Positions 38,241 through 51,052 of a stretch of 64,000 nt of DNA are shown in pieces. Origin of the DNA: Octopus sinensis (taxonomy: Eukaryota); the NCBI RefSeq assembly GCF_006345805.1, contig NC_043008.1:14508001-14572000 (forward strand), in the 5' to 3' direction. Below the pieces are notes generated by a model that was given only the letters and a program-made list of their open reading frames with translations, made no database searches and had not been told where the DNA came from. Numbering within the stretch: the first letter of the stretch is position 1; every line of letters begins with the position of its first letter. Position numbers and translations under genes: made by a program.

Positions 38241-38580
38241 GAAGGCATATGGCTCAGTGGTTAGAGCGCCAAGCTCACAATCATGAGGTAGTGAGTTCAA
38301 TTCCCAGACCAGGCTCTATGTTGTTTTCTTGAGCAAGACACTTTATTTCACGTTGCTCCAGTTCTCTCAGCTCTAGAAATGAGTAACAATGCCACTGGTG
38401 CCAAGCTGTAGCAGCCTTTCCTTTGGACAACATCGGTGGCCAGGAGAGAGAAGAGGCTGATATGCATGAGCAACTGCTTGTCTTCCATAAACAACCTTGC
38501 CTGGACTTGTGCTTCAGAGGGTAGCTTTCTAGGTGCAATCCCATGGTCATTCATGACCAAAGGGGGTCTTTACCCTTTTT
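38241..38580 (+). mobile_element. tRNA-derived SINE family C (second copy ~40210-40545)
   Basis: TGGCTCAGTGGTTAGAGC…GAGTTCAATTCCC head; shared body ending CATGGTCATTCATGACCAAAGGGGGTCTTTAC. Confidence 0.8.
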
Positions 38581-39007
38581 TAATTGGTTGCAAATACCCT
38601 GTGAGCATATCGAAAATAATTAAAGCGACAGAAGCAGTGTTAATACCAAAGTAATATTTATCTCCCACTTATGATGGATGTTTGTGTTAGAACACACAAT
38701 ACTGTATTATTTGACATGAGAGGACTTCTCATATGGACTTGAGGCATATAAAAGAACTCCAGTTTATATTGCTGTAGGCGTAGGAGTGGCTGTGTGATAA
38801 GTAGCTTGCTTACGAACCACATGGTTCCAGGTTCAGTCCCACGACTACGATTACAATTTCACTTGGCTTGATAAGTCTTCTCAGCACAGAACAAAAATCA
38901 TTGTGATGCTGAAAATAAAAGTGTTTTTTTTTTCTTTTTGCTTTCCCTATTTTTTCTGATATCCAAATAAACATATATTTTAATATTGAACTATTTCTCT
39001 CTTTTAG

Positions 39008-39100
39008 AAAAGAATCCTAATGTTCCGAATGTGCAGCCACTGTTTATTACAGTTGATCCAGAAAGAGACACTGTTGATGCCATTAAATTATATGTGAATG
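39008..39100 (+). CDS. SCO1: SCO exon ([31 protein letters not shown])
   Basis: [11 protein letters not shown] motif of the SCO family. CTTTTAG| acceptor and |GTAAGT donor, phases 1-1. Confidence 0.96.
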
Positions 39101-39683
39101 GTAAGTCCCATCTTGAAAGAAATTCTTATTAATCCTTTCGTTACCGTATTTCTGTTGCGATGTTCTGTGTTTCTCTCAATTAATTGTAAATATAACAGAA
39201 TTTAGTAAAATAACTTAGTTATCATTAAGCTAGTGTTAGGAACATAAATCGTGACTAAGGTGGAAGATTTTAATCCAAAACTTATGAAAACAAGACATTT
39301 GTACTCAGAGCCAGAACCGGTTTCAGCCGGGTTGGTAACGAAAGGGTTAAGAAGACAATATTTTATTTGATATTTCCAGTCACTGTGTAAGTGTGTGTGT
39401 AGTATTTCCTGTGCATACAGTTAGATATCAGACTGTTGCTGGTGAAGTTTGAGCTCTACACAGTATCATCATCCAATCTACTTCCAGTGAAGTGGTGTGC
39501 TTACTAACGTACTTAGTAGGATTACTAGTTATAATATACAGAGCAAAGGTAGGAATAAGCAGCATAAACACAAGATGCAATTTCCAAAGTACTGTTTGTT
39601 TGTGTTCCTGTGCTTGTCTGGAGAGCCCCACCTCTACAGAGGAAGTTTTATATCTGATCCCATATGTTTATATATGCCAAACT

Positions 39684-39980
39684 GGAGGCGCAATGGCCCA
39701 GTGATTAGGGCAGCGGACTCGCGGTCGGAGGATCGCTGTTTCGATTCCCAGACCGGGCGTTGTGTGTGTTTATTGAGCGAAAACACCTAAAAGTTCCACG
39801 AGGCTCCGGCAGGGGGTAGTGGCAACCCCTGTTGTACCCTTTCATCCCAACTTTCTCACTCTTTCTTGAGTAACGCTGCAATGGACTGGTGTCCTGTCCA
39901 GCTGGGGGGAACACATAGAAACCGGGGAACCGGGCCCATGAGCCTGGCTAGGCTCGAAAAGGGCACATAAATAAATAAAT
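39684..39980 (+). mobile_element. tRNA-derived SINE family D (reverse copies ~34405-34660, 51995-52372)
   Basis: GGAGGCGCAATGGCCCAGTG…GTTTCGATTCCCAGACC head; the reverse complement is seen at 52260-52372. Confidence 0.8.
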
Positions 39981-41162
39981 ATGCCAAACTCACCTTAGGA
40001 ATACATATACCAATATAATTTCAGTTGAACTATGACTAAAAAACACATTTATTCTGCGAAAACATATTCTTTTTTATTATTCATACATATAAACACATCT
40101 AATAAAATTATCTCCATTTGTTTTAATTACACAATATATGTGTATTCAAAAGAAAATCCTGATGCATTTTCAGTTTTTTCTCAATATTTTTCACATATAC
40201 GTATGTGTGTGAAGCTGCATTGCTGTGGTTAGAGCATCAGATTTACAATCACGTTGTAGTGAGTTCGATTCCCAGACTGGGCTGTATGTTGTGTTCTTGA
40301 GCAAGACACTTTATTTCACATCGCTCCAGTTCACTCAGCTGTGGAAATGAATTGCAACGTCACTGGTGCCAAGCTGTATCAGCCTTTGCCTTTCCTTTGG
40401 ATAACATCAGTGGCATGGAGAGGGGAGGCCAGTATGCACGGCCGACTACTGGTCCTCCATAGACAACCTTGCCCAGACTTGTGCCTTGGAGGGAAACTCT
40501 CTAGTGCTATCCCATGGTCATTCATGATCAAAGGGGGTCTTTTACATAGCATCTTCCTCTGTTAACGTCCATTTTCCATGCTGGCATGGGTTGGACTCTG
40601 AAATGTGTGACCTTGTCATATATAATGTATGTGTAACTTTTTGTCCAGTTGTCCATAATGTACCGTTGGTGACCAAAAGGTCACCAACGGTACATTATGA
40701 CAAATATATATCCAGCTCAGGAGCACCACCAGTATAAATGTGTGTATTGAACCTTTATACATAAGTCTTTATGCCGCAAAATAGAAAAAAGTGTGGATGT
40801 AAAATTCATAAAGGGGAGTGAACTCTCGAAAGGGTCGTAACTCTTGTAAATTAACAGAAATATAGCATCAGTGGTGATTCTACCCAATACAAAACCAAAC
40901 TACATCTCATTTAGACTAACTGTTTTCCTAATTAGTTGGCCTATGACCCTCTCCATGACTTTCATCACCTAATCCAGCAATTTCATACCCCTTGGATCAT
41001 TTTTTTAACTAACCCTTTCAAAGAAATGCCCCAGCATGGCTACAATCCAATGACTGAAAAAGATAAATACAGGATTTTTATTTATTTATTTTTTTCTTAT
41101 AAATATTTTGGCAATTTTATTGATTTTCTTCCATTCTGATACCTATTATCATATCTTTTCAG

Positions 41163-41278
41163 AATTTTCACCCAAACTGTTGGGTCTTACCGGAGACAAA
41201 GAAAGAATTCATCAGGCAACAAGAGCTTATCGTGTCTATTACAGTTCTGGACCGAAAGATGAAGACAATGATTACATC
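41163..41278 (+). CDS. SCO1: SCO exon ([39 protein letters not shown])
   Basis: EFSPKL.GLTG and AYRVYYS.GPKDED.DYI motifs. TTTCAG| acceptor and |GTAAGA donor, phases 1-0. Confidence 0.97.
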
Positions 41279-43104
41279 GTAAGATTCTTTACTTTAACCC
41301 TTTCGTTACTGTATTTATTTTGAGATGTTCTGTGTTTCTTTAAATTATTTTAAATATAACAAAGAATTTAGTAAAATAACTTGCTGGTGGCACGTAAAAA
41401 GCACCATCCAACCGTGGCCGTCTGCCAGCCCCATCTGGCACCTGTGCTGGTGGCACGTAAAAAGCACCCACTACACTCACGGAGTGGTTGGCGTTAGGAA
41501 GGGCATCCAGCCATAGATACATTGCCAGATCAGACTGGGCCTGGTGCAGCCTTCTGGCTTCCCAGACCCAAGTTGAACCATCCAACCGATGCTAAACGAT
41601 GATGATGATGAACTTAGTTATCATTAAGCTAGTGTTAGGAACATAAATTGTAACTAAGGTTTGGTGGAAGATTTTAATTCAGAACTTATGAAAACAAGAC
41701 ATTTGTACTAAAGAGCCACAGCCGGTTTCAGCTGGGTTGGTAATGAAAGAGTTAATGTCAATTCAAAGACTAGACAAAGCAGCCTGGCTACTGTGATGTC
41801 AAGTCTGCACATGTCGCTATCCTTTCCTGCATATTTGAGCAATGATAATGGCTTTATTCAATCTCCAATTTCTCCATATGGTGTGAAGAAAGAAATACAA
41901 GACAAACCATTGTTTTGTTTTCACTTCTGTATTTCATTTTACATTGTAAAAAGCACCATCCAAACGTGGACTGTGCCAGTGGCACATGACCTGCAGTGCT
42001 TGAGGAGACCTATTGAGTCAAGTACATCAACATCAAAATAAATATCAAATGGAAATTGTAGCTGTGATACCTGTGCCTGTGGCACGTAAAAAGCACCAAC
42101 TGATCATGGCTGCTGCTAGCTCCCCCCCCCCCGGCACCTGTGCCGGTGGCACGTAAAAAGCACCCACTACACTCACGGAGTGGTTGGCGTTATGAAGGGC
42201 ATCCAGCTGTAAAAACACTGCCAGATCAGACTGGAGCCTGGTGCAGCCTTCTGGCTTCCTAGACTCCGGTCGAACTGTCCAACCCATGCTAGCATGGAAA
42301 ACAGACGTTAAACTATGATGATGATGACAAGAAGGCTTTTGGTAGTCTGTTACATCAACTCCAATTCCCAACTGGTACTTATTTTATTGATCCTGAAAGG
42401 ACGAAAGGCAAAATTGACCTTGGCATAATTTGAACTCAGAACATAACGACAGACAAAATGTTGCCAAGTATTTCATCCAGCATGCCAACAATTCTGCCAG
42501 CTCACTGCCTTAATCTCTAATTTAATATTAATTATTGTTTTAAGGTGGCAAACTGGCAGAAACGTTAGCACGCTGGGCGAAATGCTTAGCAGTATTTCAT
42601 CTGTCTTTACCATTCTAAGTTCAAATTCCACCGAGGTTGACTTTGCCTTTCATCCTTTCGGGGTTGATAAATTAACATCATTTACATTATTTACAGTTAA
42701 CGGATATTTGTCATACCCTCCAGCCTTCATCAGGTGTCTTGGGGAAATTTCGTACCTGGGTTCTCATTCCTAAGGTATTTTTCAATATTATTATTCAGGT
42801 CACTAACAGGAAAAAAACCTTAGGAATGAGAACCCAAAATTTCTCCAAGACACCTGATGAAGGTTGGAGGGTATATCAGCCAAAACATTGTGTTAACAAC
42901 AAACAAGATGAGGACAAATATCCGTTAACTGTAAATAATGTACATAAATTCCAAATCTCTTAAATATAGAACTGTATCGATAAATTAAGTACTAGTTCCG
43001 TAATGGGGTCGATCTAATCGACTGACTCCCTCTCCCAAAATTTCGGGCCTTGTGCCTAAAGTAGAAAAGAATATTAATTATTGTTTTGTCTTTTTTTTTG
43101 GCAG

Positions 43105-43239
43105 GTGGACCATACTATTATCATGTACCTGATAAACCCAAAAGGTGACTTTGTAGATTATTTTGGTCAGAACCGAACCGCTGAAGACATTTATAATTCT
43201 ATAACATTGCATATGAAAAAGTATGAATTTAATAATTAA
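43105..43239 (+). CDS. SCO1: SCO terminal coding exon ([44 protein letters not shown])
   Basis: Conserved copper-ligand His in VDHTIIMYL. Stop TAA at 43237-43239; AATAAA at 43306 and 43316. Confidence 0.97.
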   Translation: MDHTIIMYLINPKGDFVDYFGQNRTAEDIYNSITLHMKKYEFNN

Positions 43240-43394
43240 ATACAAATTTTAACTTTTCTAAATTAGATAATGAGAAATTTGAATGTAAAAATCTGTTTTA
43301 AAAAAAATAAACCTTAATAAATTGTTATATAAATTAAGTTTTACATTTATAGACTTATAGTTGTCCAAATTATAACAGAACAGTTTAAATTTGG

Positions 43395-44000
43395 ATGACC
43401 ATGGACTCTATATCCATGAGCTGGTTCTGATAGCTGAATCTGTTGAAAAAAATTTAAAGAAGAAATTCTAAATGTGGAAGCAAAACCTAGACTTGAAGAG
43501 TCTTAAAATAAACTTAGCAATGTCAAAGACCTTTTAGCAGGAAAGAGAGAATTTAAAGAAGAAATTCAAAATGTGGAAGCAAAACCTAGACTTGAAAAGT
43601 CTTAAAATAAACTTAGCAATGTCAAAGACCTTTTAGCAGGAAAGAGAGAATTTAAAGAAGAAATTCTAAATGTGGAAGCAAAACCTAGACTTGAAGAGTC
43701 TTAAAATAAACTTAGCAATGTCAAAGACCTTTTAGCAGGAAAGAGAGAATTGAATTGTATTACTATCTGGAATGTGGCCATGAAAGAGAAAAGACTGATC
43801 CTGAAAAGGGGTTGTGATGTGTACAAAGAATGACATTTGAGTAGACAAATGATTCAAGGGAAAATGAACATGCCAGAAAACATGGAGAAGTGGTAAAAGC
43901 TGATCTCAAGTGGCTGAACTTTGGAAAGGACCAAAACAATGGTGAGAAACTGAATTGGAGATGGCACGTTTTACCATGCAAGCAGAAAAACAGATATAAA
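43395..44000 (+). mobile_element. Highly degraded RTE fragment just downstream of the SCO stop, containing a 99-bp triplication
   Basis: LVLIAES, MWKQNLDLKSLKINLA (compare MWKQGLELKGLRVNLA at 19350) and EVVKADLKWLN. Confidence 0.7.
43451..43747. repeat. Tandem repeat, 99-bp unit x3
   Basis: AATTTAAAGAAG starts at 43451, 43550 and 43649; copies nearly identical. Confidence 0.95.
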
Positions 44001-44860
44001 ATCACATTTCTTCCTCCTCCACCAAGCAATAGCAGGGTTTGTCACAAAGGTCTGAGCTGTACAAAGCACATTATTTGAAGGTGTGTGTATGTATATACAC
44101 ACACACACACACATATATATATATGAAATACAAAATGGGATAAGAACGCAAAACATCTGGACAGTTAGGTGATACAAAAATGGGACAACAAAACATCCAG
44201 ATAGATGATACAAAGAAAACAAGGACGGTTCATTCGAAGTTTTCTTTCCTCAGTCGAGTACCAGATTATCTTCGCAATTTTGGCTGATTATACTCGAGAT
44301 TGCTCCAGTCTGGCCAGCCCCAAGGAAAAATTAAGCTAAGAGCATTAGATTACTTGGAAGAAAGCAGCAAATGTATACAAAAACAAGAATGGAAAAAAAC
44401 GGACAATACAATAAAAATAAGAACAGGATATAACAACAGGTGTCTTTTGACTAAGGACAAATTAAGTTAAGCTGGCATGTGTGGAAATGAAGCCTTATGG
44501 CAGGGATACAAGATTTCACAGGCACAGGGAGGAATACCAATGTTGCACGGACAACGGCCAGACCAAGAAAGATCAGGCTTGGCCAAACGCCGGTCACAGG
44601 GGAAGAGAAAAAAGAGAGAAGTAGAGGCAGAGGGACAGAAGAATTAAGGAGGGGCAAGAAAAAATGACAGGGACACAGTGGAGGGAAAGTGAGCAAGAGA
44701 AGGCAAAGAAACGTGAGGGAGGGGGAACGAAAGAATAAGAGTGGGATGAATAAATGAATAAGTGCGAAAGGCCTGATAGACAGAAAGAATAGAGTTGTAC
44801 AAGATTTAGAAAAATGTATACATACATATGAGACTATATATATATATATATATATAAATA

Positions 44861-45580
44861 GCAATAGCTAGTTTGAAAATAATGTATTTAAACCTATCAG
44901 ACTAATATAATCAATAACCAATCATTAGAATAGATTTAAATATCTCATATTTTGTATAAGTAGTATTACTGGCCTACTGGATAAGGGTGTTTGGTGAAAA
45001 AACAAGACAGTCGGGTAGATGCAGGTTTCAGTCTCAGGTAGGGATTGTGTTTATTTTTTTCTGTAAATGGAGAAGGGCGAAGAAAAAAAAAACACTAAAT
45101 ACTTTTACAAAGAGCCTCATCAGTATAGGCCAGGATTGAACCTTTATGTCTTTACCCACAAGACCATTGAGACAACAGCAATAGCTAGTTTGAAAATAAT
45201 GTATTTAAATCTATCAGACTAATGTAATCAATAACCAATCATTAGAATAGATTTAAATATCTCATACTTTGAGTAAGTAGTATTACTGGTTTTGTGGCCC
45301 AGTGGATAAGGGTGTTTGGTGACAGACAAGACAGTGGGGTAGATGGAGGTTTCAGTCTCAGGTAGGGATTAGTGATATGATCTCATTTAGTTTTATTTTT
45401 CTCTAGAGATGTGTTAAAAGGGGGAAGAAAAAAAAACACCATCAGTATAGGCCATGGGCCAAGATTGATCCTTTGTCGAAGGGGTATATGTGATGCTATG
45501 TCTGCATGTCTTTACCCACAGGACCATTGAGACAATAGCAATAGCTAGTTTGAAAACGATATATTTAAATCTTATATAAA
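44861..45580. repeat. Degenerate tandem repeat, ~317-360-bp unit, 2 full copies + 1 partial
   Basis: GCAATAGCTAGTTTGAAAA at 44861, 45178 and 45538, with continuing similarity. Confidence 0.85.
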
Positions 45581-45839
45581 AGCTATTTGATGTGGTGGTG
45601 TTCATGGTTTTCTGTGACTTTAGTAATATTTGAGGGGAGAATGTGAAATGCTCCAGATCACAACATGCTACATGATTCAGGAATTGATCTCACAGCCTGA
45701 ATGATTATAAGCTGAACACCCTAACCACAAGGCCATGTACTTTCATAGCAAAGTCAGTAGAGTGATGGGTTGATTTCCATTTATATCCTGAGTACAAGTC
45801 CAGCTTAGCATTTCATTCTTCTGGGGGGTCAGTAAAATA

Positions 45840-46725
45840 AAGTATGGGCCATGACTGCTGAGGACATGCATAAGCTCGCAAGGAATGAATCCAGTATGAT
45901 CCGATGGATGTGTAATGTCAGCATGTATACTCGACAGAGTGTAAGTACCTTGAGAGAAATGTTGGACCTAAGAAGCATCAGATGTAGTGTGCAAGAGAGA
46001 CGACTGTGCTGGTATGGTAATGTGGAGAGAATGGATGAGGATAGCTGTGTGAAAAAGTGCCGCACCCTAGCAGTTGGGGGAACCTGTGGAAGAGGTAGAC
46101 CCAGGAAGACCTGGGATGGAGTGGTGAAGCATGACCTTTGAACATTAGGCCTCACCACAGCAATGACTAGTGACCAAGACTTTTGGAAATATGTTGTGCT
46201 TGAGAAGACCCGGCAAGCCAAATGAGACAATAATCTCATGGCCTATGCCAGGGGTGTAATCAGCCCACTTATGCGTACCTTTCCTTCATTGGACACTAAA
46301 CTCTGCTTGTAAAGACCTGTTGAGACCAGTTTAATCGAAAGCAAAATCAAATTCGATGACTGGCATCCGTGCTAGTGGAGCGCACCATCTGAGCATGATT
46401 GTTACCAGAGCGGCAAACTGGCTTCCGTGCTGGTGGCACATAAAAGGCACCATTTGAGCGTGATCATTACCATCGTCGCCCTACTGGCACTTGTGCTGGT
46501 GACACGTGAAAAAAACATTCAAGTGAGGTTGTTGCCTTCGTGCCAGTGGTACATAAAAAGCACCCACTACACTCTTGGAGTGGCTGGTGTTAGGAAGGGC
46601 ATCCAGCTGTAGAAACTCTGCCAGATCAAGATTGGAGCCTGGTGCAGCCATCTGGTTCACCAGTCCTCAGTCAAATCATCCAACCCATGCTAGCATGGAA
46701 AGCAGACGTTAAACGATGATGATAG
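45840..46725 (+). mobile_element. RTE 3' fragment (ORF end + full 3' UTR)
   Basis: LRWYG.V.RMDEDSCVKKC…GRGRPRKTWDGVVKHDL, then the UTR carrying the monomeric precursor of the 81-bp satellite, then a GAT tail. Confidence 0.9.
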
Positions 46726-49288
46726 ATTTTGCTTAAGCTTAGAAATACTAATAACCAGATCTTAAAACTCAATAGACAAATGCTTTTAGAGTAAAGTGAT
46801 AGACGAGTATAGAGCAAAATATAAATTATTGAATAACAAGAAAACCAGAGTTAAGTAATCCCCTTCATTAGCTTACAGCTGTTTTTGCTACAAATTCTGC
46901 ATTCAGAGCTGAATGCTTTAGCAACATTCTACAGCTTTCTCGTTATGTGTGTAAGAAATGAACTCACAACCTCACATTCGTAAGCTCAACGCTCTAACCA
47001 CTGAGGCATGCGCCTTCACCCAACTATATATATATATATAAAAGTACAAAGTGAGATAGGGGTTATGAGTGTAACCCACTATGGGATATCATTTATCCAA
47101 TATACTGCCAGTAAAGTACCCATAAAGGCTGATACATAAATGCTAAGAATTGGAATGCAATTAATTCCTTTATTGTATTAGATGGGCGAAGGTAAAATGT
47201 TTTACCTCAAATTCATAATACAAAATAAGAAAATGGAAGAATAGATTTCTTTCAATCATCAACTACCAGATAATACCAATTCATATAATTTATTAACTAA
47301 TTATTTAGACCGTCCAACCCATGCTAGCATGGAAAGCGGACGCTAAACGATGATGATGATGATGAATAGGAACATCCAAATCCAACAGAATAATACAGAA
47401 TTAGTTAATAAATTATATGAATTGGTATTATCTGGTAGTTGATGATTGAAAGAAATCTATTCCTCATTTTCTTATTTTGTATATATATATATATATATAT
47501 ATATATTCGTGCACTTTCTTATAGAAAACTGAGGAGAAATAGTGTTGTGTTAGTGACAAATAGTCTTCAGAGACAACAGTCACGTTAATGAACCCATTAG
47601 TATGGCAATTATAACCATTTCATGGAATGAAATGGAAAAAAGGATAAAGAAAATACTTAGCCTTGTGGTCATTTATTAACTTTATTATTATTATTATTAT
47701 TATTATCATTAACAGCAACACTACAACACTGCCAAAATATTTTCAAATTTCATCTTATTGACAGGGGAAAGAAACTTTTAGCTATAGAAAAAAATACTGG
47801 GTTTCTATGCTGTTAAGGGAAGCAAAATACGAAGTTGTGACTTCAAGGATTTTATGGGGGAAATTAAAATTGGCTTGTGTATTCAACTCACAAGGAGCTT
47901 ATCTATCTTCTGTTGACGTTTGCTGTATTTAGTTGAAGGATACTTTGAAAGAAAAACTCCCAAACTTTTAGTTGAAACAAATGACCCAAATGGAAGACTG
48001 CACACATTGTGTATTGAGTGCATAGGGTTCTGTGAAATTGTTATCAGCAGTCTGCCTTGTTGGATGACAGCGTATTTGGAAGGCACAGGACATTAATGAG
48101 TGTTGAACATAATGGGACTGTAACAGTTGTGACAGATGATAATCGCTGGCTTGCTATGAGGATAGGAGTTTGTCAGAAGAACAGAGCTGCTGAAATAAAG
48201 GAAGTTATACAGGTTAATGACATTCACATCTAGCAAAACACTACAAATTTAGCGGATATGTAGGCAAAAATCAATGGAAATCGTGGTTGTGATCCCTGTG
48301 CTGGTGGCACGCAGGGGGCACCGTCCAAGCGTGGCCGATGCCAGCGCCGCCTTGACTGGCTTCTGTGCCGGTGGCACTTAAAGAGCACCAACCAATCATG
48401 GCCGTTGCCAGCCTCGCCTGGCACCTGTGCCGGTGGCACGTAAAAAGCACCCACTACACTCACGGAGTGGTTGGCGTTAGGAAGGGCATCCAGCTGTAGA
48501 AACACTGCCAGATCAGACTGGAGCCTAGTGCAGCCTTCTGGCTTCCCAGACCCCAGTCGAACCGTCCAACCCATGCTAGCATGGAAAACGGGCGTTAAAC
48601 GATGATGATGATGATATAGTCAATTAACTGACTCCAGTACATAACTGGTATTCACTTTAATGACCACCCCCACCTTTCCTTCCAGCAGGAATATAAATAA
48701 GGAAAGTTATACCATGCTAATAACAAGGACATCTGAGTTCATTATTTTTGCATTAGTTATGACATCTGAGTTTATCATTCATTAATAGTGTATATATATA
48801 CATACAATACATGGAATAAAGCTACTCTGAGTAGAATGACCAGCAATACTCTCTGAGTATGGAGTATACAAACAGAGGCTGTAGGGTGTGTTAGATAAAA
48901 TAACAGGTGTCCCGTGGACAGAAATGGTTAGAATGGATGCACAGAGGACAGCACCTGCATTGTTGAAGTAGTGATTATGTTTGAGTTTCATAGTATTCAA
49001 AAGAAGGTTCTAGAGTGTAGACATACATGACAGAAATCAATTTTTTCCATATGAATTTAGCTGCAAAGCTGTTCAAATTATTGAGACATGTTGAACACAA
49101 TACAAAATTTGCCGTTCACAGAGCCATCAATGTTTGTCAATAACAGTGGCCTTGTTGGTACAAAGTTGCAAATATTTCAGTATTTGTAGGTCCTATTGTA
49201 ACTATTTACAACAGTGATAGTCACAACTAGTATTTTCATTTGAAGATTTATTGCTGTTCACCTTATCATTAAGATCTGCTTCGATTTC

Positions 49289-49358
49289 TTAATTTACTTT
49301 GCAGGGATTTAGCAAAATAGGTAATTTTTCATTACTGAGTTTGTTGTTAGGAATATAA
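49289..49358 (-). CDS. Probable terminal coding exon of PAH gene (SYIPNNKLSNEKLPILLNPCKVN*)
   Basis: ATTTTTAG| acceptor after a 126-nt intron, phase 2 compatible, TAA at 49291-49289. Confidence 0.45.
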
Positions 49359-49484
49359 CTAAAAATTAAATTAAAATTCTTATACAAAATTATATTAATC
49401 TAAATTTGAACACAGTACTTTAAAGCAGTTGGTTTTGTATCACAGAAGCAGGTGAGGAAGTGTAATGAAAAAAAAAGCATTAAC

Positions 49485-49654
49485 CTGTCGTTAAATCCTT
49501 GTAGAACTACAGATGAAACACCGGAATAAGGGTTCACGTTACAGATGGAGTTGAAACTCTGGTCACAAGCAATTGGTTTCTTGGGCAGAAGGCTTAACAA
49601 GCAATGAGCCAAGTCATTGTTATCAGACAGCAACAGCTGAATATATTTCACCAC
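49485..49654 (-). CDS. Exon encoding C-terminal half of PAH domain plus tail (VVKYIQLLLSDNNDLAHCLLSLLPKKPIACDQSFNSICNVNPYSGVSSVVLQGFND)
   Basis: TCTTTCGTTGCAG| acceptor; only phase 0 is open, matching the upstream exon. DL...LLP resembles the PAH HPDL...FLP ending. Confidence 0.75.
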
Positions 49655-49889
49655 CTGCAACGAAAGACAGAAAATAGAACATCTAATATTCAACACAATA
49701 TTTTGCATAGGACATTCTCTCTTTCAATTCTTAAACTACCAAAATTTTAAGAAGAAACAAACATTCCATGAATTCTCCCCACAAATAAAATGATTTTACC
49801 TTTAATCTTATAATAATTCTGCTTGTTCTCCTATTACTTAGTCCGTCCATAATGCTTCCATGTGATTAGTTGAAGCAGGAATTTATTTT

Positions 49890-50515
49890 CCTTAATGCCT
49901 GCGCTGGTATGGTCATGTACTACGGATGGATGAGGAGAGATGTGTGAAGAAGTGCCACTCCCAAACAGTTGAAGGAATCAGGAGAAGAGGTAGACCCAGG
50001 AAGACATGGGATGAGGTGGTCAAGCATGACCTTCAAACGTTGGGTCTCACAGAGGCAATGACGAAAGACCGAGACCTCTGGAGATATGCTGTGACTGCGA
50101 AGATTCGACAAATAATGTGAGCTCATGGCTGTCTCCTGCACCAGCTTCACATAGAAGCCCCAGCCCTTCCAAAGTGCCTTGGATTGCAGGACGACCTACT
50201 GTACTTACCTTGTATCGTAGGGCGACCTGCTGTGCTTGAGGAGACCTATTGAGTCAAGTACATCAACATCAAAATCAAATGGAAATTGTAGTTGTGATAC
50301 ATGTGCTAGTGGCACGTAAAATGCACCATCCGATTGTGGCCATTGCCAGCCTCCCCTGGCACGTAAAAAGCACCCACTACACTCACAGAGTGGTTGGCGT
50401 TAGGAGGGCATCCAGCTGTAGAAACACTGCCAGATCAGACTGGAGCCTGGTGCAGCCTCCTGGCTTCCCAGACCACGGTCGAACCGGCCAACCCATGCTA
50501 AATGATGATGATGAT
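49890..50515 (+). mobile_element. RTE 3' fragment
   Basis: MDEERCVKKC…RRGRPRKTWDEVVKHDL…DRDLWRYAV plus the family tail. Confidence 0.9.
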
Positions 50516-51052
50516 GTATATAGTTTAGTGAAGTAAAATAGATACAGAATGTAATATAGCCTTATAAGTAGGAACTATTGATGATATAATTCTGACTTGT
50601 ATGAATAGATGCGATGAGCCTTCAGCTCAAAATTAGAAATTTGATGTCATATCATCATAATTTCACATCCAATGTTCATGCTGACATGGGTTGGATGGTT
50701 TAACCAGGGATGGTAAGCTAAGGGGCTGCACCAGACTCCACTCTGATTTGACATGGTTTCTACGGCTGGATGCCCTTCCTAATGCCAACCACCCCAAGTA
50801 AATTTAATTCCAGTCAATCTATCTAATAATGTTAGGAGATTCTACATGGTCATTGGTCCTGCTAGAAATAGTAACAAAATTCCCTCAAATCATATTCCCC
50901 TGTGAGACAGGCCAGATTGGATAATGTAGTCCCAGATATGCATAAAGACGGGATGTTTATGCATGAATGGTTTTTGTCACATGACTGCTCAGTAAAACAG
51001 ACTTGGAACTAAACAACAAAAATAGATAACACCAAGCAGTAAATATTTGTAA

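Noticed and set aside
38241-38320. tRNA genes at SINE heads (also 5405, 19830, 39684)
   Set aside because: A and B boxes are present but there is no full cloverleaf, and each continues into a SINE body.
43451-43747. 99-bp repeat as a coiled-coil coding repeat (EFKEEILNVEAKPRLEES)
   Set aside because: Each unit has a TAA in that frame, and another frame matches the RTE reverse transcriptase.
48050-48212. Plus-strand open frame QSALLDDSVFGRHRTLMSVEHNG…
   Set aside because: No partner exons or recognisable family, and it overlaps better-supported minus-strand splice signals.
48782-49291. A-to-I stop-codon read-through joining the PAH C-terminus to the in-frame ORF at 49000-48782
   Set aside because: Several stops, including TAA and TGA, intervene; a shared frame is expected by chance one time in three.
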